The translations under genes and the position numbers were made by a program. Positions 25,787 through 35,316 of a stretch of DNA of 64,000 bases are shown piece by piece. Origin of the DNA: an uncultured SAR86 cluster bacterium. GTDB lineage: Bacteria > Pseudomonadota > Gammaproteobacteria > Magnimaribacterales > D2472. The stretch covers positions 72,180 through 136,179 of the forward strand of contig CACEDS010000001.1 of assembly GCA_902558395.1 (NCBI GenBank), written 5' to 3'. The notes below the pieces were generated by a model that did not search any database, was not told where the DNA came from, and saw only the letters and a list, made by a program, of their open reading frames with translations. The stretch's first letter is position 1. Each line of letters begins with the position of its first letter.

Positions 25787-26533
25787 TTATGCACTAGATT
25801 CTTTGACTGCAACATTCCAAATGATTAAACCAAATAGAATCTTGTTAACAAAGTCAGCAAGGTTATAAATTAAGTTTAGATTCATAGCTGATGATCCATC
25901 ACCTACTAGGTAGCCTGAAGCATATCCAAGTGGGTAAATTGCCCAACCAACTATAATAATCCACATCATTGTGTTGTATGCAGATTGAACCGCAGGACTT
26001 GCTGTATTGCATGCAGACTTACCTTCACCAGCCCATAGCTCATAGATCATGTAAATCCAAGCTAACATTCCAACAATGAAAGCAGGCATAGCTGCCATTA
26101 TTCCAGCTTCTCCCATATATCCGAATACAAGCATTACAAGAGAACCAATTAATAGTTTCTTAAATAAAGAACCTGCAACATTGGTTGCAGCAGCAAGTAT
26201 TAAGTAGAATTCACATATTAATAAAGGCACTGTTAGTAACCAGTCAATATATCTGAATACAGTTGGTGTTTCTCCAGTCTCTACCCAGACTCCTCTCATG
26301 TACAAGTAATGCCAAAAAGCAATACCAGTAACAAGACCGGATACTGTTAATGAAGTCTTCCATTTAGCTGAAACTCTATCTCTTTCAATAAAAAAGAATA
26401 CAGTAGAAGCTAACAGCGCAGCAGTAACCAACCAAAAAGATACACCAGTGTAATCACTAGCATCTAGGTCGCCACCACTAGCAGCAAAAGAAGGAAGCGC
26501 AATAACACTACCCAAGATTAATAAATATTTCAT
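25787..26533 (-). CDS. proteorhodopsin, green-absorbing light-driven proton pump
   Basis: 248 aa, 7 TM, with H75, D97 (RYIDWLL), L105, E108 (ICEF), D227 and K231 (DFVNKILFG). Colinear with, and about 90 percent identical to, the SAR86 EBAC31A08 proteorhodopsin as I recall it. Confidence 0.97.
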   Translation of the reverse strand: MKYLLILGSVIALPSFAASGGDLDASDYTGVSFWLVTAALLASTVFFFIERDRVSAKWKTSLTVSGLVTGIAFWHYLYMRGVWVETGETPTVFRYIDWLLTVPLLICEFYLILAAATNVAGSLFKKLLIGSLVMLVFGYMGEAGIMAAMPAFIVGMLAWIYMIYELWAGEGKSACNTASPAVQSAYNTMMWIIIVGWAIYPLGYASGYLVGDGSSAMNLNLIYNLADFVNKILFGLIIWNVAVKESSA

Positions 26534-26589
26534 ATTAAACTCCTATTTTTTAGAGTAAAAAATTACTCCCCCGTTAGTATGAACTTAAG

Positions 26590-26618
26590 ATAATAGCTAA
26601 AAATGGTATATGTATCAA
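26590..26618 (-). promoter_or_regulatory. candidate sigma70 promoter of proteorhodopsin
   Basis: Minus strand TTGATA (26618-26613), 17 nt spacer, TATTAT (26595-26590). This implies a leader of about 50 nt ending in AGGAG before the ATG at 26533. Confidence 0.4.
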
Positions 26619-26717
26619 ATTTTAAAAATATATTTTTTGAGATAACTTGATTTTCTTATTCATTTAGTATTAATTCTAAAATATTGCTTAAATATTATTG
26701 TTTAGTATGATTCGCTT

Positions 26718-27200
26718 ATGAAAGTTGCAATTTACCCAGGTTCCTTTGACCCAATAACATATGGACATATGGACATTATTGAGAGAGGTTGTGGTCTTTT
26801 TGATAAGGTAGTTGTTGCAATTGCAAAAAGTGAATCAAAAAATCCCATGTTTTCATTAGAAGATAGGATTAACCTTGCAACATCTATATACGAAGATAAT
26901 AACAAAGTTGAGGTTGTTGGCTTTCCTAGAAAACTTACTGTTGATTTAGCTAAAGACTTTGATGCATGTGCAATTATAAGAGGATTAAGAGCTGTATCAG
27001 ATTTTGAATACGAGTTTCAATTAGCAACCATGAATAGATCATTGGCTCCTGACATAGAAAGTATATTTTTAACGCCTAAAGAAAGCTTAATCTATGTTTC
27101 TTCAAGCTTGATAAAAGAAATTTCTGATCTAAAGGGGGATATTTCTAAATTTGTTCACCCAAAAGTTGAACAGGCATTAAAAGCTAAACTACAGACTTAA
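26718..27200 (+). CDS. coaD: phosphopantetheine adenylyltransferase
   Basis: 160 aa: MKVAIYPGSFDPITYGHMDIIERG..., canonical CoaD. Confidence 0.95.
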   Translation: MKVAIYPGSFDPITYGHMDIIERGCGLFDKVVVAIAKSESKNPMFSLEDRINLATSIYEDNNKVEVVGFPRKLTVDLAKDFDACAIIRGLRAVSDFEYEFQLATMNRSLAPDIESIFLTPKESLIYVSSSLIKEISDLKGDISKFVHPKVEQALKAKLQT

Positions 27201-28006
27201 GACTGACAGTTGGGACAATAGAACGTAGCTCTTTGATTAATAGTAACTTTTACTATTGCCTCTTCACAATTTTTACATTTTTGGCCGCTTCGCCCATAAA
27301 CATTTAATTTAATTTTGAAATATCCTGGACTGCCATCAGCTGAGTAAAAATCTTTTAGGGTAGTGCCCCCCACCTCAATTGCTTTATTCAGAACTTTTTT
27401 TGCCGAACTTACAATTCTTTTACATTCTTCAATATCTAATTTTTGTGATTCTTTTTGAGGGTTCACTCTTGAGAGATAAAGAGACTCTGACGCATATATG
27501 TTCCCAATGCCAACGACATTTTTTTGATTCATTATGAGTGTTTTAATATTAGTCTTGGATCTTTTACAGCAGTCTAAAAGATATTCTCCATTAAAATTTT
27601 CAGAGAGAGGTTCTGGGCCAAGCTGAGATATTAATTTGTGATTATTAATATCTTTTGCAATATGAAGTGAACCAAACCTTCTTGGATCATTATAAATGAT
27701 CTTTTCATTATCAAAGATAAATTCAATATGATCATGTTTTAGAAAATAGTTGTCTTCACTTTTTAAGATTCTCAAACTTCCTGACATTCCCAAATGCAGC
27801 AATAGGTAAGTATTTTCTAATTCAAAAATTATATATTTGGCTCTTCTGTGAAGATTAATTAATTTTTGATTTCTTGAATTTTTTTCAAGACCTTTGGCAA
27901 CAGTCCATCTCAAGTTTCTATTATGAACTTTAATATTTGTTAGACTTTGACCTTGAAATTTCTTTATTGCCCTGAGGGTTGTTTCAACCTCCGGTAATTC
28001 TGGCAT
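27197..28006 (-). CDS. mutM: formamidopyrimidine-DNA glycosylase
   Basis: 269 aa with an MPELPEVET N-terminus and a C-terminal C4 zinc finger (CKNC...CPNC). Confidence 0.95.
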   Translation of the reverse strand: MPELPEVETTLRAIKKFQGQSLTNIKVHNRNLRWTVAKGLEKNSRNQKLINLHRRAKYIIFELENTYLLLHLGMSGSLRILKSEDNYFLKHDHIEFIFDNEKIIYNDPRRFGSLHIAKDINNHKLISQLGPEPLSENFNGEYLLDCCKRSKTNIKTLIMNQKNVVGIGNIYASESLYLSRVNPQKESQKLDIEECKRIVSSAKKVLNKAIEVGGTTLKDFYSADGSPGYFKIKLNVYGRSGQKCKNCEEAIVKVTINQRATFYCPNCQS

Positions 28007-28010
28007 TTAA

Positions 28011-29351
28011 TTAATTTAGAAGATTATTAATTGAAACTAAATCTCCAGGAGTAATAGTTCCTGCAGATAAATCTAATCTAAGATTAGCAAGAATATAATC
28101 ATATTTAGCATTAGCAAGATTTTTTTCAGCGCTATAAAGGTTTTTTTCTGCTTGTAAAAGATCTACAACATTTCTTGTTCCGACCTTGTAACCGACTTGT
28201 GTAGCTTCAAGTGCACTAGTTGCTGAGATTACAGCTTGTTTTTGAGCAGTTACATTGGCAACTAGGGTAACAACGTTAGAGTATCCAGATCGAACATCTT
28301 GTATGATTTTTCTTTGAGTAAATAAAGTGTTCTCATTAGTTCTCTCATATTGTGCGTAAGCTTGTTTTCTTCTTGAGCTGACAGCTCCACTTTGAAAAAT
28401 TGGCATACTAAACTGGATAGCAAAATTTCTTCTGCCTGTTACTTCAGGAACGGGAACACCCTGACCGTTAAAGTTTAGGCCTTCATAGTTAAATTGGTTT
28501 GTTTCAGACTCAGATTTAGATCCAACAATATCTATTTTAGGTAAATGATTAGAAGCAGCATTTCTAGCATTACTTTTGGCTGCATCTTTTTTTAAATATG
28601 CAGCTTTAAGTTGATAATTATTTTCTAATGCTATATCTACCCATTCTTCTTTTGAGCTTGGTGCAGGACTTTCAATTAATAAACCTTCACCCAATTCGTC
28701 AAGACTAAATATTTCTCTACCTATCAATGCGTTTAATGCTTCTCTTGCAGAAAATAAACTTCCTTCCGCATTAATTCTGGATGCCTTACTTAAGTCATAT
28801 GCTAGTTGAGCTTCTTGCACACCAGTTATTGCAGAAAGACCAACCTCATACCTTTGTTGGGCTTGATCAAGCTGTTTTTTTATTGCCTTTTCTTCTGACA
28901 TGGCTGCATTTAGATTATCTATAGCTCTTAATACCCCAAAATAAAGTTCTGCAGTTCGAACTAAAAGATTTTGTTGTTCATATGCAAACTCAGCTTCAGC
29001 AGCATTTGTTAATGATTTAGATTGTTTAAACTGAAACCAAGAATCCAACCTGAACAAAGGCTGTGTTAATCTTGCTGAGCTCGAGAATGAGTTATATTCC
29101 TGTTGAAGCTGTTTATCTTGATAATACTCATTCCAATTAGTTGAACCACTCAAAGTTAGGCTTGGTAAGAGAGAAGCTCTACCTTGAACAACTAATTCTT
29201 TGTCTGCAAGGTATGAATATTCTGCGGCTTTAAAGGTTGGATCATTTTTTAAAGCCTCATTATAAATATCTAATAAGTTTTCTGCTAAAAGGCTAGAAGT
29301 TGAAAAAATTAATATGAATAATGATTTTGAAATTTTGTTCATTTTGTTCAT
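28011..29351 (-). CDS. tolC: TolC-family outer-membrane efflux channel
   Basis: 446 aa with a signal peptide and two tandem OEP repeats (LLDIYNEALKNDPTFKAA..., ...ALENNYQLKAA...). An alternative start exists at 29342. Confidence 0.9.
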   Translation of the reverse strand: MNKMNKISKSLFILIFSTSSLLAENLLDIYNEALKNDPTFKAAEYSYLADKELVVQGRASLLPSLTLSGSTNWNEYYQDKQLQQEYNSFSSSARLTQPLFRLDSWFQFKQSKSLTNAAEAEFAYEQQNLLVRTAELYFGVLRAIDNLNAAMSEEKAIKKQLDQAQQRYEVGLSAITGVQEAQLAYDLSKASRINAEGSLFSAREALNALIGREIFSLDELGEGLLIESPAPSSKEEWVDIALENNYQLKAAYLKKDAAKSNARNAASNHLPKIDIVGSKSESETNQFNYEGLNFNGQGVPVPEVTGRRNFAIQFSMPIFQSGAVSSRRKQAYAQYERTNENTLFTQRKIIQDVRSGYSNVVTLVANVTAQKQAVISATSALEATQVGYKVGTRNVVDLLQAEKNLYSAEKNLANAKYDYILANLRLDLSAGTITPGDLVSINNLLN

Positions 29352-29373
29352 TTTGTTATTTTAACTCAATATT

Positions 29374-29394
29374 AATGTTTACAGTGTAAACATT
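29374..29394. promoter_or_regulatory. perfect 10+1+10 palindrome, candidate TetR-type operator upstream of tolC
   Basis: AATGTTTACA-g-TGTAAACATT, 23 nt upstream of the tolC ATG. Its reverse complement matches the operator copy at 63022-63042 at 18 of 21 positions. Confidence 0.6.
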
Positions 29395-29484
29395 TGCAAA
29401 TTTTTTATATTTTATAATTTTTTTAATATTTCTTAGAGTAGAATATCTTTCATAAGTTCAATCATTAATAAGGCATCTTACAAA

Positions 29485-31380
29485 TTGGCAAAAAATTCAT
29501 ATGATGCAGAAGCAATCGAGGTTTTATCAGGTTTAGATCCTGTAAAAAAAAGACCTGGGATGTATACAGACACATCCAACCCCAACCATTTAATTCAAGA
29601 AGTTTTAGATAATTCAGTTGATGAAGCCTTATCTGGCCATTGTTCAAATATAAAAATATCACTCTTAAAGGATGGCAAAATCAAAGTCTCAGATAATGGA
29701 AGAGGAATGCCAGTCGATATCCACCCCGAGCACAAAGTTACTGGTGTTGAGTTAATTTTGTGCAAGCTTCATGCTGGAGCAAAATTTTCAGGTGACGATT
29801 ATAATTTTTCTGGCGGACTTCATGGGGTTGGAGTTTCTGTTGTAAATGCTCTATCCGAAGTTTTAGAGGTCAAAGTAAAAAGAGACTCCCAAGAATTTCA
29901 AATAGATTTTAGTAACGGCGATAAGGTCAGTGAGCTCAAGAAAATTGGAGATGTTGGCTTAAGAAACACCGGAACTGCAATAACCTTTAAGCCTAATCCG
30001 GTATATTTCGAAGATATTAATGTACAAGTTAAAACCTTAAAACACTTACTTAAGGCAAAAGCAGTGCTTTGCCCAGGTTTAACCATTGAATTTATTAATG
30101 AAAAAAAACCCAATGATAAAGAGAAATGGCACTTTGAAGATGGCTTAAAAAGTTACCTTAATGAATCATCAGAGGGTTCAGAGCTTATATTAGAAGATTC
30201 AATAATATGTGCAAAAGAAGGCAGTGCTCAGGAACTAGAGTTTGCTATAAATTGGTCTCCAAAACCGCCTAAAAATAAACTTGATGAGTCCTATGTAAAT
30301 TTAATTCCTACCGCTCAAGGCGGTTCTCACCTCAATGGTTTTAAATCAGGCCTCTTAGAGTCTATAAAAGAATTTTGTGAATATAGAAATTTGTTACCTA
30401 AAGGCTTAAAAATAAATGCAGATGACATAATAAATAATGCTATTTTTATAGTTTCATCAAAGTTACAAAATCCTCAGTTTGCAGGGCAAACCAAAGAAAG
30501 ACTAGACTCTAAAGATCACATGTCATTTGTCTCAAGTACCACTAAAGATGTATTGAGTATTTGGCTTAACACGCACACTGAAGAAGGAGAAAAAATTGCT
30601 GAGCTTGCAATTATCTCTGCGCAGACGCGGGCAAAAGTTTCCAATATTGTAGAGCGAAAGAAAACTTTTAAAGGACCAGCATTGCCAGGAAAACTTTCTG
30701 ATTGTAATAGTCAGGATTTAAATGAAACTGAGTTATTCCTTGTTGAGGGAGATTCTGCTGGTGGCTCAGCTAAGCAGGCTAGAGAGAGATCATTTCAAGC
30801 AATAATGCCGCTACGCGGAAAAATATTAAATACATGGGACTTAGAAAGTGCTGAAATTATAAAATCTCAAGAGATAAAAAATCTTTCCACTGCTATTGGT
30901 GTATTGCCTGGTAATAGTGATTTATCATCTTTAAGATATGGAAAAATTTGTATTTTAGCTGATGCAGACTCTGATGGATTACATATAGCAACATTATTAT
31001 GTGCTCTTTTCTTAAGACACTACAAACCTTTGGTGCAAGAGGGACGTATATATATTTCAATGCCACCTCTATATAGAATCGATTGTGGTAAAGAAGTGTT
31101 ATATGCCTTAGATGACTCTCAAAGGGATGAGATTGTTAAAAATTTTAAAAGTAAAAAAGGTAAACCAAAGATAAATATTCAGAGATTTAAAGGTTTGGGA
31201 GAGATGAATCCTTCTCAGTTAAGAGAAACTGTCATGGATCCATCAACAAGACAGCTTGTAAAACTTTCTATTAGCTCAAGCGATAATGCTAACTCAATGA
31301 TGGACCTTCTTTTATCAAAGAAAAATGCAGCTGCAAGAAAAGAATGGCTTGAGAAAAAAGGTTCATTAGCAAAAATATAA
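29485..31380 (+). CDS. parE: DNA topoisomerase IV subunit B
   Basis: 631 aa, TTG start. (M)[48 protein letters not shown] parallels E. coli ParE. The length lacks the GyrB insertion. Confidence 0.93.
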   Translation: MAKNSYDAEAIEVLSGLDPVKKRPGMYTDTSNPNHLIQEVLDNSVDEALSGHCSNIKISLLKDGKIKVSDNGRGMPVDIHPEHKVTGVELILCKLHAGAKFSGDDYNFSGGLHGVGVSVVNALSEVLEVKVKRDSQEFQIDFSNGDKVSELKKIGDVGLRNTGTAITFKPNPVYFEDINVQVKTLKHLLKAKAVLCPGLTIEFINEKKPNDKEKWHFEDGLKSYLNESSEGSELILEDSIICAKEGSAQELEFAINWSPKPPKNKLDESYVNLIPTAQGGSHLNGFKSGLLESIKEFCEYRNLLPKGLKINADDIINNAIFIVSSKLQNPQFAGQTKERLDSKDHMSFVSSTTKDVLSIWLNTHTEEGEKIAELAIISAQTRAKVSNIVERKKTFKGPALPGKLSDCNSQDLNETELFLVEGDSAGGSAKQARERSFQAIMPLRGKILNTWDLESAEIIKSQEIKNLSTAIGVLPGNSDLSSLRYGKICILADADSDGLHIATLLCALFLRHYKPLVQEGRIYISMPPLYRIDCGKEVLYALDDSQRDEIVKNFKSKKGKPKINIQRFKGLGEMNPSQLRETVMDPSTRQLVKLSISSSDNANSMMDLLLSKKNAAARKEWLEKKGSLAKI

Positions 31381-31382
31381 TT

Positions 31383-33644
31383 ATGAAAGAGCAATCAGAT
31401 ACAAATTCAATAAGCCTTAAACAGTACGCAGAAGAATCTTATCTAAATTATGCAATGTATGTAATTTTAGATAGAGCTTTACCAAATATTGGGGATGGAT
31501 TAAAACCAGTTCAAAGAAGAATCTTATATGCCATGTCTGAATTGGGATTAGATGCGGGATCTAAGTATAAAAAATCAGCAAGGACTGTGGGTGATGTTAT
31601 AGGTAAGTTTCATCCCCATGGAGATAGTGCTGCTTATGAAGCCATGGTTTTAATGGCTCAGAATTTTTCTTTTAAATATCCTCTTGTAGACGGTCAGGGT
31701 AACTGGGGTTCACAAGATGATCCTAAATCATTTGCAGCAATGAGGTATACAGAATCAAAATTAACTAAATTTGCAGATTTGTTGATCTCTGAGCTCAAGT
31801 CAGGAACAGTTGATTGGCAGCCAAACTTTGATGGCTCTCTTTTAGAGCCAGTAATTTTTCCTGCTAAATTGCCTTCTATTCTATTAAATGGTACCTCTGG
31901 TATTGCTGTAGGAATGGCAACTGATATCCCATCACATAATATCAATGAAGTCATAGATGCGACCATTCATGTTTTAGAAAACCCAAAATCTGAATTAAAA
32001 GACCTTTTAAAAATCATTAAAGGACCTGATTTTTCAAACCATGCACCAATTATTGCAAGCAATGAAGAGCTTGAAGAAATTTATTCGACTGGAAGAGGGG
32101 GGTTTAAAGCACAAGCCCATTGGGAACAGGAAAAAAATGAAATTATTATTAATGCTCTTCCTTATCAGGCTTCTGGTTCAAAAATTCTCGAACAGATAGC
32201 TGACCAAATGCTTAAAAAGAAAATACCCATGGTTGTGGATTTAGCTGATGAGGGCGATCATGAAGAACCAGTAAGACTAGTAATTACATTAAAGTCTAAT
32301 CGAGTTAATGCAGAAGATGTTATGAATCATCTGTTTGCATCAACAGATCTTCAAAAGAATTACAGAGCAAATATGAACCTTATTTCTTTAAAAGGTGGCC
32401 CAAAAGTTTTCTCATTAGTTGAATTGCTTAAAGAGTGGCTTGTTTTTAGAAAAAATACAGTTACAAGAAAATTAGAGCATAGACTAGATCAGGTAAATGA
32501 TAGGCTTCATATCCTTGAGGGTCTTTTAATAGTTTATTTGGATCTCGATAAAGTTATAAAAATCATAAGAGAGTCAGATGAGCCTAAAAAAGAAATTATA
32601 AAAGCTTTCAAACTATCAGATATTCAAGCCAATGCAATTCTTGAAATTAGATTAAGGCAACTTGCAAAGCTTGAACAAATTAAACTTGAACAAGAGAGAG
32701 ATTCGTTAGTTGAGGAAAGAGATGATATTGAAAAAATATTGAATTCTAAAACTAGACTCAAAACCCTAATCAAAAAAGAATTGCTTGAAATAAAAGATGA
32801 GTTTGGTGATGAAAGAAAGTCTCCAATAAAAGAGTCTTCTGAAGCAAAAGTATTCTCTGAGGAGGAAACGCTGGTAACTGAATCTATAACAGTAGTTCTT
32901 TCAGAAGCTGGATGGATTAGAAGCGCAAAAGGACATGAAATTGATCCAAGTTCTTTATCATATCGCGGGGAAGATAAGCTTCAAGATTTCTGTCGTGGAA
33001 AAAGTAATCAGCTTGCAGTCTTTCTTGATTCAAATGGTAAAGCGTATTCTCTTCCAAGTCATTCACTTCCATCAGCAAGGGGCATGGGTGATCCAATTTC
33101 AGGCAGAGTGACTGCAGATTCTGGGGTCAAATTTATATCGACCTTAATTGGTAATGATGATGATAAATATATGATTATGAATACTGCTGGATATGGCTAT
33201 ATTTCAGAATTTAAAAATATGGTTTCTAATAAAAAGTCAGGTAGGGCTTTCATGAAACTACCCAATGATGCTGATCTCTTAAGAGCTATAAGGGTTCGAG
33301 ATGATCATGTTTATATTGCTGCTGTATCAAATATTGGGAGATTACTAATATTTAAAATAGATGAATTACCTGTTCTTGCGAAAGGTAAAGGAAATAAGAT
33401 AATTAATATTCCAACACCAAAATTTGTTGCAAAAGAAGAATTCATGGCTCATGCACAGCTTCTATCTCCTGTTAGTTCATTAAGAATTGAGAGCGGCAAA
33501 AGATTTTTAACTTTAAAATTAAAAGATTTAGAGAACTATATTTCTTCAAGAGCTAAACGAGGCAATATGCTGCCTCAAGGCTATAGAAAAGTAGATAGAA
33601 TGATTGAAGAGGTTGAAACTATTTCTTCAGAAGAGCAAGAATAG
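31383..33644 (+). CDS. parC: DNA topoisomerase IV subunit A
   Basis: 753 aa with [29 protein letters not shown] and the catalytic-Tyr region AAMRYTE. Follows parE by 2 nt. Confidence 0.93.
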   Translation: MKEQSDTNSISLKQYAEESYLNYAMYVILDRALPNIGDGLKPVQRRILYAMSELGLDAGSKYKKSARTVGDVIGKFHPHGDSAAYEAMVLMAQNFSFKYPLVDGQGNWGSQDDPKSFAAMRYTESKLTKFADLLISELKSGTVDWQPNFDGSLLEPVIFPAKLPSILLNGTSGIAVGMATDIPSHNINEVIDATIHVLENPKSELKDLLKIIKGPDFSNHAPIIASNEELEEIYSTGRGGFKAQAHWEQEKNEIIINALPYQASGSKILEQIADQMLKKKIPMVVDLADEGDHEEPVRLVITLKSNRVNAEDVMNHLFASTDLQKNYRANMNLISLKGGPKVFSLVELLKEWLVFRKNTVTRKLEHRLDQVNDRLHILEGLLIVYLDLDKVIKIIRESDEPKKEIIKAFKLSDIQANAILEIRLRQLAKLEQIKLEQERDSLVEERDDIEKILNSKTRLKTLIKKELLEIKDEFGDERKSPIKESSEAKVFSEEETLVTESITVVLSEAGWIRSAKGHEIDPSSLSYRGEDKLQDFCRGKSNQLAVFLDSNGKAYSLPSHSLPSARGMGDPISGRVTADSGVKFISTLIGNDDDKYMIMNTAGYGYISEFKNMVSNKKSGRAFMKLPNDADLLRAIRVRDDHVYIAAVSNIGRLLIFKIDELPVLAKGKGNKIINIPTPKFVAKEEFMAHAQLLSPVSSLRIESGKRFLTLKLKDLENYISSRAKRGNMLPQGYRKVDRMIEEVETISSEEQE

Positions 33645-34818
33645 AAGATTCAAAAATCCCTAAACCTTTTTTAATCAGATCATCTTCTATGATTAAACTT
33701 GGAGAAAATCTGACTGTATTAATATTTGCTTTCAAGATCATAAGACCTTTTGTGTGAGCCAGCGCAATTAAGCTATCTATATTTATATCTTGATTAAATT
33801 CAACGCTAATCCATAAACCTGCTGAAGATATTGATTGAATACATCCCAGTTTTTTACTTATTGAATCAAGCTCATTTATAAAAATCTTTTCTTTTTTAGT
33901 TACTTTTTGTAGAAAAGATTTTTTAGAAATTGTGTCAACAACTGATGAGCCTATAGCACAAGCAATTGGTCCGCCTCCAAATGTTGTTCCATGCGAACCA
34001 ACAGTCATAGCACTAGCTATTTTATTTGAAGTAAGAATTCCCCCCAAAGGAAATCCATTTGCTATACCTTTGGCAAAACATAAAATATCTGGAACTAAAT
34101 TAAATTGTTCATACGCAAAAAATGTACCCGTTCTTCCAATACCAGATTGAACTTCATCAATAATTATTAAAGCCCTATGTTTTCTAGCAAGTTGTTTAAT
34201 TTTTGAAATAAATTTTTGATCTGCTTTTGTTATTCCAGACTGCCACTGAACTAATTCAAGAATAACTGCTGAAGTTTTATCTGAAAATAATGTCTCAAGG
34301 CCCTCAAATTTATTATATGGATGATTTTTTATACCTTTAGGCAGAGGTGCAAAACCATCAATAAGATTCTTTGCTTTTGCTAAAGCAATACCCAGCATTG
34401 TTCTGCCATGAAATGAGCTTGAGAAAGATATAATTTCATTCTTATCTTTTTTGAATTTCTTGGATGTATATTTTCTTGCCGTTTTAACTGCAGCCTCTAT
34501 TGATTCAGCCCCAGAATTACAAAAGAAAACTTTATCAGCAAAAGTCTTTTGACATAATTTTTTTGATAGTTGAACGGCATGTTCGTTTATGTATAAGTTT
34601 GATAAATGCCATACATTTTTAGATTGCTGATTTAGAATTTTTGTTAATTCGCTGTTACTATGGCCTAAATTTGTTACAGCTATGCCAGCAGTAAAATCAA
34701 TATATTTCTTATTATTTGTATCCCATACATATGAACCTTTTGCTTTTTTTACAACAAAATCTGCTGGTCCGTAAAAAGGCACCGTATAATTTGCATAGTC
34801 ATTAATTATTTTTTTCAT
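33619..34818 (-). CDS. argD: class-III PLP aminotransferase (acetylornithine aminotransferase-like)
   Basis: 399 aa with [23 protein letters not shown] and the PLP-Lys context [13 protein letters not shown]. Confidence 0.75.
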   Translation of the reverse strand: MKKIINDYANYTVPFYGPADFVVKKAKGSYVWDTNNKKYIDFTAGIAVTNLGHSNSELTKILNQQSKNVWHLSNLYINEHAVQLSKKLCQKTFADKVFFCNSGAESIEAAVKTARKYTSKKFKKDKNEIISFSSSFHGRTMLGIALAKAKNLIDGFAPLPKGIKNHPYNKFEGLETLFSDKTSAVILELVQWQSGITKADQKFISKIKQLARKHRALIIIDEVQSGIGRTGTFFAYEQFNLVPDILCFAKGIANGFPLGGILTSNKIASAMTVGSHGTTFGGGPIACAIGSSVVDTISKKSFLQKVTKKEKIFINELDSISKKLGCIQSISSAGLWISVEFNQDINIDSLIALAHTKGLMILKANINTVRFSPSLIIEDDLIKKGLGIFESSILALLKK

Positions 34819-34833
34819 TGGTTATATTGTATC

Positions 34834-35316
34834 GTGGTTTCTATTCAAAAAATTAGTTCAAATTCATTTGGAGTATACATAAAACCTAATAGCTCGTTAA
34901 CTGGAACATACAGAGTAATATTCATTTCGAGTATTGCATTTATTTGCCTTGGGATAGCAACTATATTTTATTTAGTTGGTGCAACTTTGATATTGCCATT
35001 TGCCGGTCTAGAAATAAGTATTTTGCTTATAGCATTTTATTTAAATTTTAGGTGGAGTGGTAAAAGAGAAAAAATATTTATGTCTAAAGATAAGGTAATA
35101 GTAGAAAAAGGCATCCATAAGGCTGAGTATCGCTGGGAAGAATTTAGAACTTTTACTTCTTTTCAAATTTCAAAAGACATTAATAAGGTACTTAAACTAA
35201 GCTTTCGCTCTAAGGGCGAAGATGTAGAAATAGGATCTTTCTTGAATGACGAAGAAAAAGTTGAGCTAAAAGAGAATATTTCAAAAATTATTGAGGACTT
35301 AAATGCTGATCCTTGA
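34834..35316 (+). CDS. DUF2244-like 2-TM membrane protein
   Basis: 160 aa, GTG start. Two TM helices are followed by a soluble domain. The family call is from memory only. Confidence 0.45.
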   Translation: MVSIQKISSNSFGVYIKPNSSLTGTYRVIFISSIAFICLGIATIFYLVGATLILPFAGLEISILLIAFYLNFRWSGKREKIFMSKDKVIVEKGIHKAEYRWEEFRTFTSFQISKDINKVLKLSFRSKGEDVEIGSFLNDEEKVELKENISKIIEDLNADP

